NCBI GenBank assembly: GCA_963846545.1
Contig: CAWJWG010000001.1
Coordinates: 1,162,055-1,226,054 of the forward strand
Origin: an uncultured Gemmatimonadales bacterium
GTDB lineage: Bacteria; Gemmatimonadota; Gemmatimonadetes; Gemmatimonadales; GWC2-71-9
Length of the DNA: 64,000 nt
Direction of reading: 5' to 3'
Shown: piece by piece, positions 50,533-59,249 of the stretch
How positions within the stretch are numbered: the first letter of the stretch is position 1
Layout of the letters: each line of letters starts with the position of its first letter
The notes under the pieces: generated by a model
What the model was told of the DNA's origin: nothing
Databases searched by the model: none
What the model saw: the letters and a program-made list of their open reading frames with translations, nothing else
Made by a program: the position numbers and the translations under genes

Positions 50533-51588
50533 ATGACGCGCGCCTTCGACCTCGCCTGGCGAGGATGGGGAAGGGTGCAGCCGAACCCCCTGGTGGGAGC
50601 CGTCGTCCTCGCCGGTGGCGAGGTCGTCGGAGAGGGATGGCACGCGGAGTACGGAAAGCGCCACGCCGAGCCGGCCGCCTTGGAGCAGGCGGGCGAGCGC
50701 GCCCGAGGTGGCACGCTGGTGGTGACGCTGGAGCCGTGTGATCACCAGGGCCAGCAACCCCCGTGCACGGACGCGATCACGCAGGCCGGTGTCCGTCGGG
50801 TCGTTGCCGCGATTCCCGACCCGAACCCGGAGGCCGGCGGGGGTGCGGCTCGGTTGAGCGACCTGGGCGTCGAGGTGCAGATGGGCGTCGCCCGCGAAGC
50901 CGCCGCGATACAGAATGCCATCTTCTTGCACCGCTTCCGCACGGATGCCAGGCCGTTCGTCGCCCTCAAGCTCGCCACCAGCCTCGACGGGAAGATCGCC
51001 GATGCCTCGGGGCACTCGCGGTGGATTTCGGGTGAGCTCGCCCGGGAATACGTGCACTGGCTGCGCGCGGGCTTCGATGCCATCGGCATCGGTGGGCGGA
51101 CCGCTCGCACCGACGACCCGCGGCTCACGGTGCGCGGACCGGTCGTCCCTCGGGTGGTCCCCCGCCGGGTGATCTTCGACACCGGTGCGGATCTGGAGTC
51201 ACGTCTGACCGTCATCGGTACGGCTGGGGAAACTCCGACCATGGTCGTCGCCGGAGAGTCCGCACCGGCCGATCGCGTAGCCCGGCTCACGGCCGCGGGT
51301 GTCCACGTCCTCCGCACCAGCTCGCTCGAGAGCGGACTGCGCGCGCTTCGCGCCGAGGGCGTGAGCTCGCTCCTGGTGGAGGGCGGTGGGCGTTTGGGCG
51401 GCGCGTTGATCGCCGCGGGCCTGGTGGATCGCTTCTACTGGATCCAGAGCCCACTCTGGCTCGGGGATCGCGCCGTCACCGCCACGGCCGGCGTCCCTGG
51501 CGGGCCCATCGGGCGCGCCGACCGGTGGCGGGTGGTGGAGCGCCGGGCTCTGGGCGAAGACACTCTCCTGGTCGTGGACCGACACTGA
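50533..51588 (+). CDS. ribD: Bifunctional riboflavin biosynthesis deaminase/reductase RibD
   Basis: 'NPLVGAVV', 'HAEPAAL' and 'TLEPCDHQGQQPPC', with a reductase C-terminus. The ATG at 50533 is preceded by GGGAGG. Confidence 0.9.
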   Translation: MTRAFDLAWRGWGRVQPNPLVGAVVLAGGEVVGEGWHAEYGKRHAEPAALEQAGERARGGTLVVTLEPCDHQGQQPPCTDAITQAGVRRVVAAIPDPNPEAGGGAARLSDLGVEVQMGVAREAAAIQNAIFLHRFRTDARPFVALKLATSLDGKIADASGHSRWISGELAREYVHWLRAGFDAIGIGGRTARTDDPRLTVRGPVVPRVVPRRVIFDTGADLESRLTVIGTAGETPTMVVAGESAPADRVARLTAAGVHVLRTSSLESGLRALRAEGVSSLLVEGGGRLGGALIAAGLVDRFYWIQSPLWLGDRAVTATAGVPGGPIGRADRWRVVERRALGEDTLLVVDRH

Positions 51589-52181
51589 TGTTCACCGGAC
51601 TCGTCACCGATATCGGGATTGTGACCGACCTCCGCTCCTCCGAAGCGGGGGGACTCGAGCTGACCATCGACAGCCGCTACGCCGACCTGTCTCTCGGCGA
51701 GAGTGTCGCCGTGGACGGAGCGTGCCTCACCGTTGCGGCGCTCACCCCGGGCGGCTTCACGGTCCACGTCGTTCGCACCTCGCTCGACCGGACGCGCTTC
51801 GCGGGCCTGTCCGCCGGCGCCCGGGTCAACCTGGAGCGCGCCCTCCGGGTGGGGGACCGTCTGGGCGGACACTTGGTCCAGGGCCACGTGGATGGCGTCG
51901 GCAAAGTGCGACGGGTGGCGACCCGGGAGGACGCCCGGCTCCTGGACCTCGAAGTGCCGCCGGAGGTGGCGGCGGCGACCGTGCCGCTCGGCTCTGTCAC
52001 CGTGGACGGGGTGAGCCTCACGGTGAACGCCATGCCCGACCCCCATACGATCCAGATCTCCCTGATTCCGTTTACCTTAGAGCACACCACCCTGGCCGAC
52101 CGCAGGCCGGGTGACCGGGTACACCTCGAGGCCGATACCATCGGGAAGTACGTGCAAGCGTTCATGCAACGCGACAGGTGA
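51588..52181 (+). CDS. ribE: Riboflavin synthase
   Basis: '[10 protein letters not shown]', '[13 protein letters not shown]' and '[12 protein letters not shown]' form the duplicated lumazine-binding repeats. Confidence 0.9.
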   Translation: MFTGLVTDIGIVTDLRSSEAGGLELTIDSRYADLSLGESVAVDGACLTVAALTPGGFTVHVVRTSLDRTRFAGLSAGARVNLERALRVGDRLGGHLVQGHVDGVGKVRRVATREDARLLDLEVPPEVAAATVPLGSVTVDGVSLTVNAMPDPHTIQISLIPFTLEHTTLADRRPGDRVHLEADTIGKYVQAFMQRDR

Positions 52182-52222
52182 CCGACGTAACCCATTGGCG
52201 TCTGTAAACTTCCGGATCGGTA

Positions 52223-53431
52223 ATGACGACATTCGGCAGTATCGAACAGGCCATCGAAGACCTGCGTAACGGCAAGATCGTCATCGTGGCCGATGACGAG
52301 GACCGCGAGAACGAGGGGGACCTCGTCTGCGCGGCGGAGCTCGTCACGCCCGAGACGATCAACTTCATGACCCTGCACGGCCGGGGACTGATCTGCCTGG
52401 CCCTGACCGGGGAGCGGTGCGACCAGCTCGGCCTGCCGCAGATGACCGAGCGGAACAGCGAGGAGCTGGCCACGGCTTTCACCGTGAGCATCGACGCCGG
52501 CCGCCGGTTCGGCGTGACCACCGGCATCTCCGCCCGCGACCGCGCCACCACGATTCACGTCGCCATCAATCCCGCCACCGAGCCGTCCGATCTTCGCCGT
52601 CCCGGCCACATCTTCCCGCTCCGCGCCCGGCCGGGCGGAGTGCTGCAGCGGGTCGGGCAGACCGAGGCCAGCGTGGACCTCGCCAGGCTCGCCGGCCTGG
52701 TGCCGGCGGGTGTGATCTGCGAGATCCTCAATCCGGACGGCTCGATGGCCCGGCGGCCGGAGCTGCACGAGATGGCGCAGCAGCACGGCATCACCTTCGT
52801 GACCGTCGCCCAGCTCGTCGCGTATCGCCTGCGGACCGAGCAACTGGTCCACCGGGTGGCGGAGGCGCGGGTGCCGACCGAGTACGGCGAGTTCCGCATG
52901 ATCGGCTACCAGAACGATGTCGATCGGGCCGAGCACGTGGCGCTGGTGTTCGGCGAGATAGCGGGGCAGCCGAACGTGCTGGTGCGCATGCACTCGAAGT
53001 GCCTGACCGGCGACGTGTTCCGATCGCAGCGCTGCGACTGCGGCTTCCAGCTGCACCGCGCGATGGAGCTGATCGCCCAGGAGGGCCGCGGGGCGATCGT
53101 CTACCTCGATCAGGAGGGGCGAGGCATCGGCCTGCTGAACAAGCTCCGTGCCTACGCGCTCCAGGACTCGGGAGACGACACGGTGCAGGCCAACGAGCGT
53201 CTCGGCTTCGCACCGGACCTGCGCAACTACGGCATCGGCGCCCAGATCCTGCGCGATCTCGGTCTCTCGTCGATCCGGGTCATGACCAACAACCCGCGCA
53301 AGCTGGTGGGCCTCGAAGGGTACGGACTCCAGATCGTCGAGCGGGTGCCGCTCCTCGCCGATCCCAATCGGGAGAACCGCGACTACCTCCAGGTCAAGCG
53401 CGACAAGCTGGGCCACCTCCTCTCGCACTGA
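52223..53431 (+). CDS. ribBA: Bifunctional 3,4-dihydroxy-2-butanone-4-phosphate synthase / GTP cyclohydrolase II
   Basis: 402 aa with '[12 protein letters not shown]', 'RPGHIFPL', '[18 protein letters not shown]' and 'NNPRK'. Confidence 0.95.
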   Translation: MTTFGSIEQAIEDLRNGKIVIVADDEDRENEGDLVCAAELVTPETINFMTLHGRGLICLALTGERCDQLGLPQMTERNSEELATAFTVSIDAGRRFGVTTGISARDRATTIHVAINPATEPSDLRRPGHIFPLRARPGGVLQRVGQTEASVDLARLAGLVPAGVICEILNPDGSMARRPELHEMAQQHGITFVTVAQLVAYRLRTEQLVHRVAEARVPTEYGEFRMIGYQNDVDRAEHVALVFGEIAGQPNVLVRMHSKCLTGDVFRSQRCDCGFQLHRAMELIAQEGRGAIVYLDQEGRGIGLLNKLRAYALQDSGDDTVQANERLGFAPDLRNYGIGAQILRDLGLSSIRVMTNNPRKLVGLEGYGLQIVERVPLLADPNRENRDYLQVKRDKLGHLLSH

Positions 53432-53436
53432 CTCCC

Positions 53437-53916
53437 GTGGCCGACATCTCCCCTCGCCCTGGACACCGCGGGCGCGTGGCCATCCTCGTGAGCCGCTACA
53501 ACGAGCTGATCACTTCGAAGCTGCTGGACGGCGCGCTCGCCGGCTGCGCCGACGCGGGCGTGCCCCGGGAAAACGTGGACGTCGTCTGGCTGCCCGGCGC
53601 CTTCGAGCTCCCCTCGGCCGCGTCGGCGGCGGCGGCGACCGAGCGCTATACCTGTCTCGTTGCGCTGGGCGCCATCATCCGGGGTGAGACCCCGCATTTC
53701 GAGTACGTGGCCGGTGCGGCCGCCACAGGTCTCACCGATGTAGCCACCCGGTACGCGATCCCCGTCGGCTTCGGCGTGCTCACGGTGGACACCCTGCAGC
53801 AGGCGATGGAGCGCGCGGGCGGAAGCGCGGGGAACAAGGGGCACGAGGCGGCCGCGGCGGCGCTCGGTGCGGCGAGCGCCATCGCGCAGCTGCGGGCGAT
53901 CCGTGCTGCGGACTGA
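53437..53916 (+). CDS. ribH: 6,7-dimethyl-8-ribityllumazine synthase
   Basis: The GTG at 53437 gives 'VAILVSRYN', 'VWLPGAFELP', 'GAIIRGETPHFEYV' and 'GNKGHEAA'. Confidence 0.9.
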   Translation: MADISPRPGHRGRVAILVSRYNELITSKLLDGALAGCADAGVPRENVDVVWLPGAFELPSAASAAAATERYTCLVALGAIIRGETPHFEYVAGAAATGLTDVATRYAIPVGFGVLTVDTLQQAMERAGGSAGNKGHEAAAAALGAASAIAQLRAIRAAD

Positions 53917-54316
53917 GACCAAGAGCCGGGCCCGAGCGCTTCAGCTGCTCTACGCCTGGGAGCTCCGCGGCGCCCCGCCGATCACGCTCATCGCCGGCGG
54001 CCTGTCGCGCCTCACCGGTCCCGAGCCCCTGCTGCTCGACCGGGCGGAGGCGCTCGCCGCCGGCGTGGTGGCCGACCTCGCGTCGCTCGACGCGGAGGCG
54101 GCGCGCGCATCGGAGCACTGGCGGCTGAGCCGGATCGCCGTGGTCGAGCGGAACATTCTCCGGCTGGCGATCCTCGAGCTGCGCCGCGGCGAGGTGCCGC
54201 CCAAGGTGGCGATCGACGAGGCCGTCCGGCTGGCCCACTGGTTTGGTGGCGCCCGGGCGCCGAGCTTCGTGAACGGCGTGCTCGACGGCGTCGCCCGCGC
54301 GACGGGCCGGCTCTGA
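53903..54316 (+). CDS. nusB: Transcription antitermination factor NusB
   Basis: 'RARALQLLYAWE', 'ERNILRLAILEL' and 'IDEAVRLAHWFG...FVNGVLD'. The GTG at 53903 overlaps the ribH 3' end. Confidence 0.85.
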   Translation: MLRTETKSRARALQLLYAWELRGAPPITLIAGGLSRLTGPEPLLLDRAEALAAGVVADLASLDAEAARASEHWRLSRIAVVERNILRLAILELRRGEVPPKVAIDEAVRLAHWFGGARAPSFVNGVLDGVARATGRL

Positions 54317-54320
54317 TCCG

Positions 54321-55436
54321 ATGAACGTGCTGCTCGTCAACTGGCAGGACCTCGAGAACCCCCAGGCTGGTGGGGCGGAGATCCACCTGTTCGAGATCTT
54401 CACCCGGCTGGCGGCGGCCGGACATCGTGTTCGGCTGGTGTGCTCCGGGTGGAAAGGCTCTCCCACGACCGCGACCATCGGCGGCATCGAAGTCGCTCGG
54501 ACCGGGCGGCGCAACTCATTCGCCATCCTCGGCCGCGGCGCGGTGCGACGCGCGGTACGGCAGGAGCGGCCGGACATCGTGGTCGAGGACGTGAACAAGC
54601 TCCCACTCTTCGTTCCGATGTTGACCGAGGCACCCTGCTGCGCGCTCATTCCTCATCTGTTCGGGGAGACCGCGTTTCAGGAGGCGCCCTGGCCCATGGC
54701 CGCGGTGGTCTGGGCGGCCGAGCGGCCATTGCCGGCGATCTATCGACGGGCGGGCTTTCACGCCATCAGCGAGAGCACACGGGACGACCTCGTCGGCCGC
54801 GGCATCCGCGCCGACCGCATCCGCGTCATTCATCCCGGGGTGGACAGTGTGCGCTTCGCGCCTTCGCCCGCGGAACCGCGCGCGCGTGATCCGCGGTTCT
54901 TGTACGTGGGACGGCTCAAGCGTTATAAAGGGATAGGACTGGCGATCGAAGCGCTGGCGCTGGCGCGCACGACCCGGCCCGATCTCCGGCTCGACATCGC
55001 GGGAACGGGCGACTTCCGGCCGGAGCTGGAGCGTCTCGTCGTCCGGCTGGGGCAGCAGGAGGCGGTCACCTTCCTCGGCTTCGTCAGCGAGGAGCGGAAG
55101 GTGTCGCTGTTGCGGGGGGCGTGGGCGAACGTGTTTCCCTCGCCCAAGGAAGGATGGGGGATCACGGTGGTCGAGGCGGCGGCGTGCGGAACGCCATCCA
55201 TCGCCTCCGACAGTCCCGGCCTGCGCGACAGCGTGCGCCACATGGAAACGGGTTACCTGGTTCCGCACGGTGACGTCCCCGCGCTGGCCGGGCGAATGCT
55301 GGAGCTCACCGGTGACGCCGCGCTCGTCGCGCGATTGGGCCGCGGCGCCCGCCGATTCGCCGAGCGGCTCACGTGGGAACGGACCGCGACCGCGACGGAG
55401 AGGCACCTACTCGACATCATCGCCGGCGCGGCCTAG
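54321..55436 (+). CDS. Glycosyltransferase family 4
   Basis: 371 aa of GT-B type with 'EGWGITVVEAAACGTPSIASDSPGLRDSV' (EX7E region). Confidence 0.85.
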   Translation: MNVLLVNWQDLENPQAGGAEIHLFEIFTRLAAAGHRVRLVCSGWKGSPTTATIGGIEVARTGRRNSFAILGRGAVRRAVRQERPDIVVEDVNKLPLFVPMLTEAPCCALIPHLFGETAFQEAPWPMAAVVWAAERPLPAIYRRAGFHAISESTRDDLVGRGIRADRIRVIHPGVDSVRFAPSPAEPRARDPRFLYVGRLKRYKGIGLAIEALALARTTRPDLRLDIAGTGDFRPELERLVVRLGQQEAVTFLGFVSEERKVSLLRGAWANVFPSPKEGWGITVVEAAACGTPSIASDSPGLRDSVRHMETGYLVPHGDVPALAGRMLELTGDAALVARLGRGARRFAERLTWERTATATERHLLDIIAGAA

Positions 55437-55456
55437 GCCGGCTCTCAGGAGGATGC

Positions 55457-55771
55457 ATGCAGACGACGATCACCGCCCGCCACTGCGAGATCTCCGAGCC
55501 ACTTCGCGAGCGCGCGCTCACGGTCGTCGAGCGCCTGGGCAATGTGGCCTCGCGGCCGATCGAGGCCACCGTCGTGTTCGACGTCGAGGGCATGACCCAG
55601 ACCGCGGAGCTCCGGCTGCACCTCGCGCGCGGTGAGGTGCTCGTCGCCACCGGCGAGGCCGAGGATCACCGCACCGCGCTCGATCGGGCGGAGGACAAGA
55701 TGCGCAAGCAGCTCGAGAAGGCGACGGCCCGGCCTCGCCACCCGCGGGCCTCGCAGGCCAAGCCGCTCTGA
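55457..55771 (+). CDS. hpf: Ribosome hibernation/modulation factor (HPF/RaiA, short form)
   Basis: 'ITARHCEISEPLRERALTVVERL...AELRLHL...VATGEAEDHRTALDRAEDKMRKQLEK'. AGGAGG lies upstream of the ATG at 55457. Confidence 0.85.
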   Translation: MQTTITARHCEISEPLRERALTVVERLGNVASRPIEATVVFDVEGMTQTAELRLHLARGEVLVATGEAEDHRTALDRAEDKMRKQLEKATARPRHPRASQAKPL

Positions 55772-56735
55772 TGCTCCGCCTCCGTGACTTCGTCACCCGC
55801 CGCGGGGACACCCTTCAGCTCGAGACGCTGACGGGCGAGCTGGGTCTCGACCGTCAGCTGCCCGAGGCGGAAGTCGCGGGGCCGGGCCTCGCACTGGCCG
55901 GATACACCGGCCGCTTCGCGCCCAACCGGCTGCACGTGTTCGGCGAGACGGAGATCACCTACCTGGAGTCGCTCTCCGCCGAGCAGCGACGCAAGTCGCT
56001 GGAGAAGTTCTTCGAGTTCGAGCTGCCCCTGCATCTTCGTCACCAAGGGACAGGCCGTCCCGGCGGAGATGCTGGAGCTGGCGCAGGCGCGCGGGGTGCC
56101 GCTGCTCCGCACCAAGCTCAAGACCGCCGAGTTCTACCGCCGCGTCAAGCCGATCGTCGAGGAGGCCTTCGCCCCGCGAACGACGCTGCATGGCTCGCTG
56201 GCCGACGTGTACGGGGTCGGGCTCCTCTTCATGGGCCGGTCGGGCATCGGCAAGAGCGAGTGCGTGCTCGACCTGGTGGAGCGGGGTCACCGCCTGGTGG
56301 CGGACGACGTGGTGCAGGTGATCCGCCGGGGGAACGACATCCTCATCGGCCGCGGACACGAGCTGGCGGCCCATCACATGGAGATCCGCGGCATCGGCCT
56401 GATCGACATCCCGGCCCTGTTCGGGGTGCGGGCGGTCCGCCAGCAGAAGCGGATCGAGGTGGTGGTGCAGCTCGAGGACTGGGAGACGGCCAAGGACTCC
56501 GATCGCACCGGTCTCGACCCGCGAGGAGACGACGATCCTCGACGTGGCCGTGCCCCGCGTGGTCGTGGCGCTCAATCCCGGCAAGAACATCACGGTCATC
56601 TCCGAGGTGATGGCGATGATGCACCTCCTCCGCTACTCCGGGGTCGACATGGCGGCGGCGTTCAACGCGCGACTGATCAAGCGCATGAAGGAACAGCGCG
56701 GGGTGCAGCAATACCTTCAGGAAGACTATGAGTGA
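55771..56735 (+). pseudogene. hprK: HPr kinase/phosphorylase, with the reading frame broken twice (possibly a sequence artefact)
   Basis: There are three collinear segments in frames 1, 2 and 0. The first ends '...GPGLALAGYTGRF...FFEFELP'. The second is 'CIFVTKGQAVPAEMLELAQARGVPLLRT...GRSGIGKSECVLDLVERGHRLVADD...MEIRGIGLIDI'. The third is 'EETTILDVAVPRVVVALNPGKNITVISEVMAMMHLL'. The breaks sit at the C4 run 56026-56029 and at about 56518-56522. Confidence 0.85.
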
Positions 56736-57102
56736 TGCCTTGCGCGGGGTGGTGGTCGGGCACGGCGAATTGTCGAAGGCCCTGGTCGAGGCGGCGGAGT
56801 CGATCAGTGGAGTGACCGGGGTGCTGGTCCCCGTCTCCAATAGCGGCTGTGACCGGGAGGCGCTGGAGACGCGGGTGGCCGAAGCGGTCGAAGGGCGTCC
56901 CTCCGTGGTCTTCGTGGACCTGCCCTCGGGCTCCTGCCTCTTCGCCGTGCTCAAGCGGCTCCGGGCGATGGAGGGCGTCAAGGTCGTCACCGGGGTCAAT
57001 CTCGCGATGTTGGTGGATTTCGTCTTCCATCTCTCGCTTGGCCCTGACGAGGCGGCCGAGCGCGCGATCGCCGCCGGCACCAAGGCGATCCGGACTCCCT
57101 GA
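56728..57102 (+). CDS. PTS EIIA component, mannose/fructose/sorbose family
   Basis: 124 aa. 'VVVGHGELSKAL' carries the phosphorylatable His, and 'VVFVDLPSGS' is also present. Confidence 0.8.
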   Translation: MSDALRGVVVGHGELSKALVEAAESISGVTGVLVPVSNSGCDREALETRVAEAVEGRPSVVFVDLPSGSCLFAVLKRLRAMEGVKVVTGVNLAMLVDFVFHLSLGPDEAAERAIAAGTKAIRTP

Positions 57103-57578
57103 TGGCCATCGTGCTCTTCCGGGTGGACGATCGACTCATTCACGGACAGGTGGTGGTCGGCTGGGGTCGTCCGCTCGGCGTCAACCGGATCGTGCTGGTG
57201 GACGATCAGGTGGCGGGGAGCCCCTGGGAGCAGGACCTTTACCGCATGGCGGTGACACCCGATGTCGCCGTCGAGTTCGCCAGCATCGCCGAGGCATCCG
57301 CGCGGTTGCGCGACTGGCAATCCGACGTCCGGCGGACACTCGTCCTCACCGGTGACCTCGACACGATGGCGGCGCTCCACGCGGCCGATCCGGTCACGGT
57401 GCATCGGATCAATCTCGGCGGGATCCACCATCGGGCGGGCCGGCGTGAGCGGCTCCCCTATCTCTACCTCACCGACGACGAGATGACGCGGCTCGCGGCA
57501 CTCGAGGCCGCGGGCGCCGCCGTGGCGGCCCAGGATCTGCCCACCACGCCTCCCGTGACCTTGAAGGCGCTGGCATGA
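57102..57578 (+). CDS. PTS EIIB component, mannose/sorbose family
   Basis: 158 aa. 'VLFRVDDRLIHGQVVVGW' carries the active-site His. Confidence 0.85.
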   Translation: MAIVLFRVDDRLIHGQVVVGWGRPLGVNRIVLVDDQVAGSPWEQDLYRMAVTPDVAVEFASIAEASARLRDWQSDVRRTLVLTGDLDTMAALHAADPVTVHRINLGGIHHRAGRRERLPYLYLTDDEMTRLAALEAAGAAVAAQDLPTTPPVTLKALA

Positions 57579-58255
57579 CCGATCTGGGCCTGGCCGACGC
57601 GCTGTTGCTGGTGATCTGGGGCACCATCGTCGCCCTCGATCTCGTGAGCGTGCCCCAGGCGATGGTCGCGCGGCCGATCGTGGCCGGGGCGGTGGCGGGG
57701 TGGATCGCGGGGGACGTGGAAGCGGGACTTCGCGTCGGCGTGCTGTTCGAGTTGTTCGCGCTCGACGTGCTGCCGGTGGGCGCGGTGCGATATCCCGACT
57801 ACGGTCCCGCCACGGTGGTGGCGACCGCGCTGGCGGCGGACTCGCCCTGGCAGTTCGCGCTCGGGCTGAGCGGTGCGCTCGGCCTCGCGATTGCCGTGCT
57901 CGGCGGGTTCAGCCTGCAATGGGTACGTCGGGCGAACGCCCGCGCCATCCAGCACCGATCCGCCGCCCTGGCCGCGGGTGACAGTGGCGCGATCCGGCAG
58001 CTCCAGTACGGCGCCCTGCTGCGGGATGCCGCGCGGGGCGCGGTGCTGACGACCCTCGGACTGGCGTGCGCGTGGATGCTGGCCCGCTATGCCTGGCTCG
58101 ATCGCTCCACCGCGCTGGGCCTCACGCTCGTCGCCGTGGGCTGCGGACTCTCGGCGGTCATCGGCGGAGCGCTGCGCGGAGCCGGACGCGGGCCGCGCCT
58201 CCGCTGGCTCGGCGCGGGAGCGATCGTCGGACTCATCGCGGCAGCGCTCCGATGA
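57575..58255 (+). CDS. PTS EIIC component, mannose/sorbose family (short)
   Basis: 226 aa polytopic protein with 'VPQAMVARPIVAGAVAGWIAGD...GVLFELFALDVLPVG'. Confidence 0.7.
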   Translation: MTDLGLADALLLVIWGTIVALDLVSVPQAMVARPIVAGAVAGWIAGDVEAGLRVGVLFELFALDVLPVGAVRYPDYGPATVVATALAADSPWQFALGLSGALGLAIAVLGGFSLQWVRRANARAIQHRSAALAAGDSGAIRQLQYGALLRDAARGAVLTTLGLACAWMLARYAWLDRSTALGLTLVAVGCGLSAVIGGALRGAGRGPRLRWLGAGAIVGLIAAALR

Positions 58256-58986
58256 ACGGCGGCTGGCATGCGTGGCTCCGCCTCCTCGCGGTGCAGGGGA
58301 CCTGGAATTACGAGCGGCTCCTGGGCGTCGGCATGGGATACGCCGCCGAGCCGCTGCTCGAAGACCTGAAGACCGTCGACCCGGTGCGCCATACGGAGGC
58401 CGTGGTGCGGTCCGCCGAGTTCTTCAACTGCAACCCGAACCTGGCCGGCCTCGCGCTCGGCGCCACCGCGCGGGCGGAGTACGACGGCGTTCCGGGTGCG
58501 CAGATCGCCCGGCTCCGGACGGCGCTGTGCAGCCCGCTCGGTGCGCTCGGCGACCAGCTCTTCTGGGCCGGGCTGATCCCGCTGCTCCTCGGCGCCGCGA
58601 TGATCGCGATCGTGCTGGGCGCGGCCTGGTGGGCGGTGCTCGGCTTCCTGGTGCTCTACAATCTCTCCCGCGTCGTGACCGGGATCTGGGCGCTCCGGGC
58701 GGGACTGGAAGCCGGCATGGGCGTGGGCGCCGCGATCGGGCAATCCTGGATAGGCAAGGCGATCGAGCGCGTTGGACCTGCGGCAGGCTTCGGTGTGGGC
58801 GTGGCAGTGCCCATGGTTGGCGGGTGGTACCTCGACGCGATCGGGTGGCCGGCCGCGTTCGGCGCCGTCGCGGTGGCGGCCACCGGGGTGGCGGTGACGC
58901 GGTGGTTCGGAGCGTCGCTCACCACGGTGCGCTTTACCCTGCTCGCACTGATCCTGCTCGTCCTCTTCCGCTGGTTGCTGCCATGA
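58252..58986 (+). CDS. PTS EIID component, mannose/sorbose family (short)
   Basis: The ATG at 58252 gives 'WLRLLAVQGTWNYERLLGVGMGYAAEPLL' and 'FFNCNPNLAG'. It is 244 aa, and the ATGA overlaps the EIIC stop. Confidence 0.75.
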   Translation: MNGGWHAWLRLLAVQGTWNYERLLGVGMGYAAEPLLEDLKTVDPVRHTEAVVRSAEFFNCNPNLAGLALGATARAEYDGVPGAQIARLRTALCSPLGALGDQLFWAGLIPLLLGAAMIAIVLGAAWWAVLGFLVLYNLSRVVTGIWALRAGLEAGMGVGAAIGQSWIGKAIERVGPAAGFGVGVAVPMVGGWYLDAIGWPAAFGAVAVAATGVAVTRWFGASLTTVRFTLLALILLVLFRWLLP

Positions 58987-59249
58987 TCGAGCGCGAGGCG
59001 ACGATCGTGAACCAGGAGGGCCTGCATGCGCGCCCCGCGGCCAAGATCGTCCGGCTGGCGAGCACCTTCACCGCGGAGATCGAGCTGCTGAAGGATGGGT
59101 TCACGGTGAACGGAAAGAGCATCATGGGGGTGATGATGCTCGCGGCGGAGTGCGGAAGCTCGATCGTGATCAGAGCCGACGGCCCGGACGCCGACCAGGC
59201 GATCGAGGCCCTGTTGCAACTCGTGGCGGGAGGCTTCGGAGAGCCGTGA
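58983..59249 (+). CDS. ptsH: Phosphocarrier protein HPr
   Basis: 88 aa. 'GLHARPAA' carries His15 and 'GKSIMGVM' carries Ser46. Confidence 0.9.
   Translation: MIEREATIVNQEGLHARPAAKIVRLASTFTAEIELLKDGFTVNGKSIMGVMMLAAECGSSIVIRADGPDADQAIEALLQLVAGGFGEP

Noticed and set aside
56020-56035. Programmed ribosomal frameshifting as an explanation for the split hprK, metK, recG and mutase genes.
   Set aside because: There are seven sites in four unrelated genes. None has a shared slippery heptamer, a stimulatory structure or a stop-codon context like prfB. Homopolymer indels are a simpler explanation.
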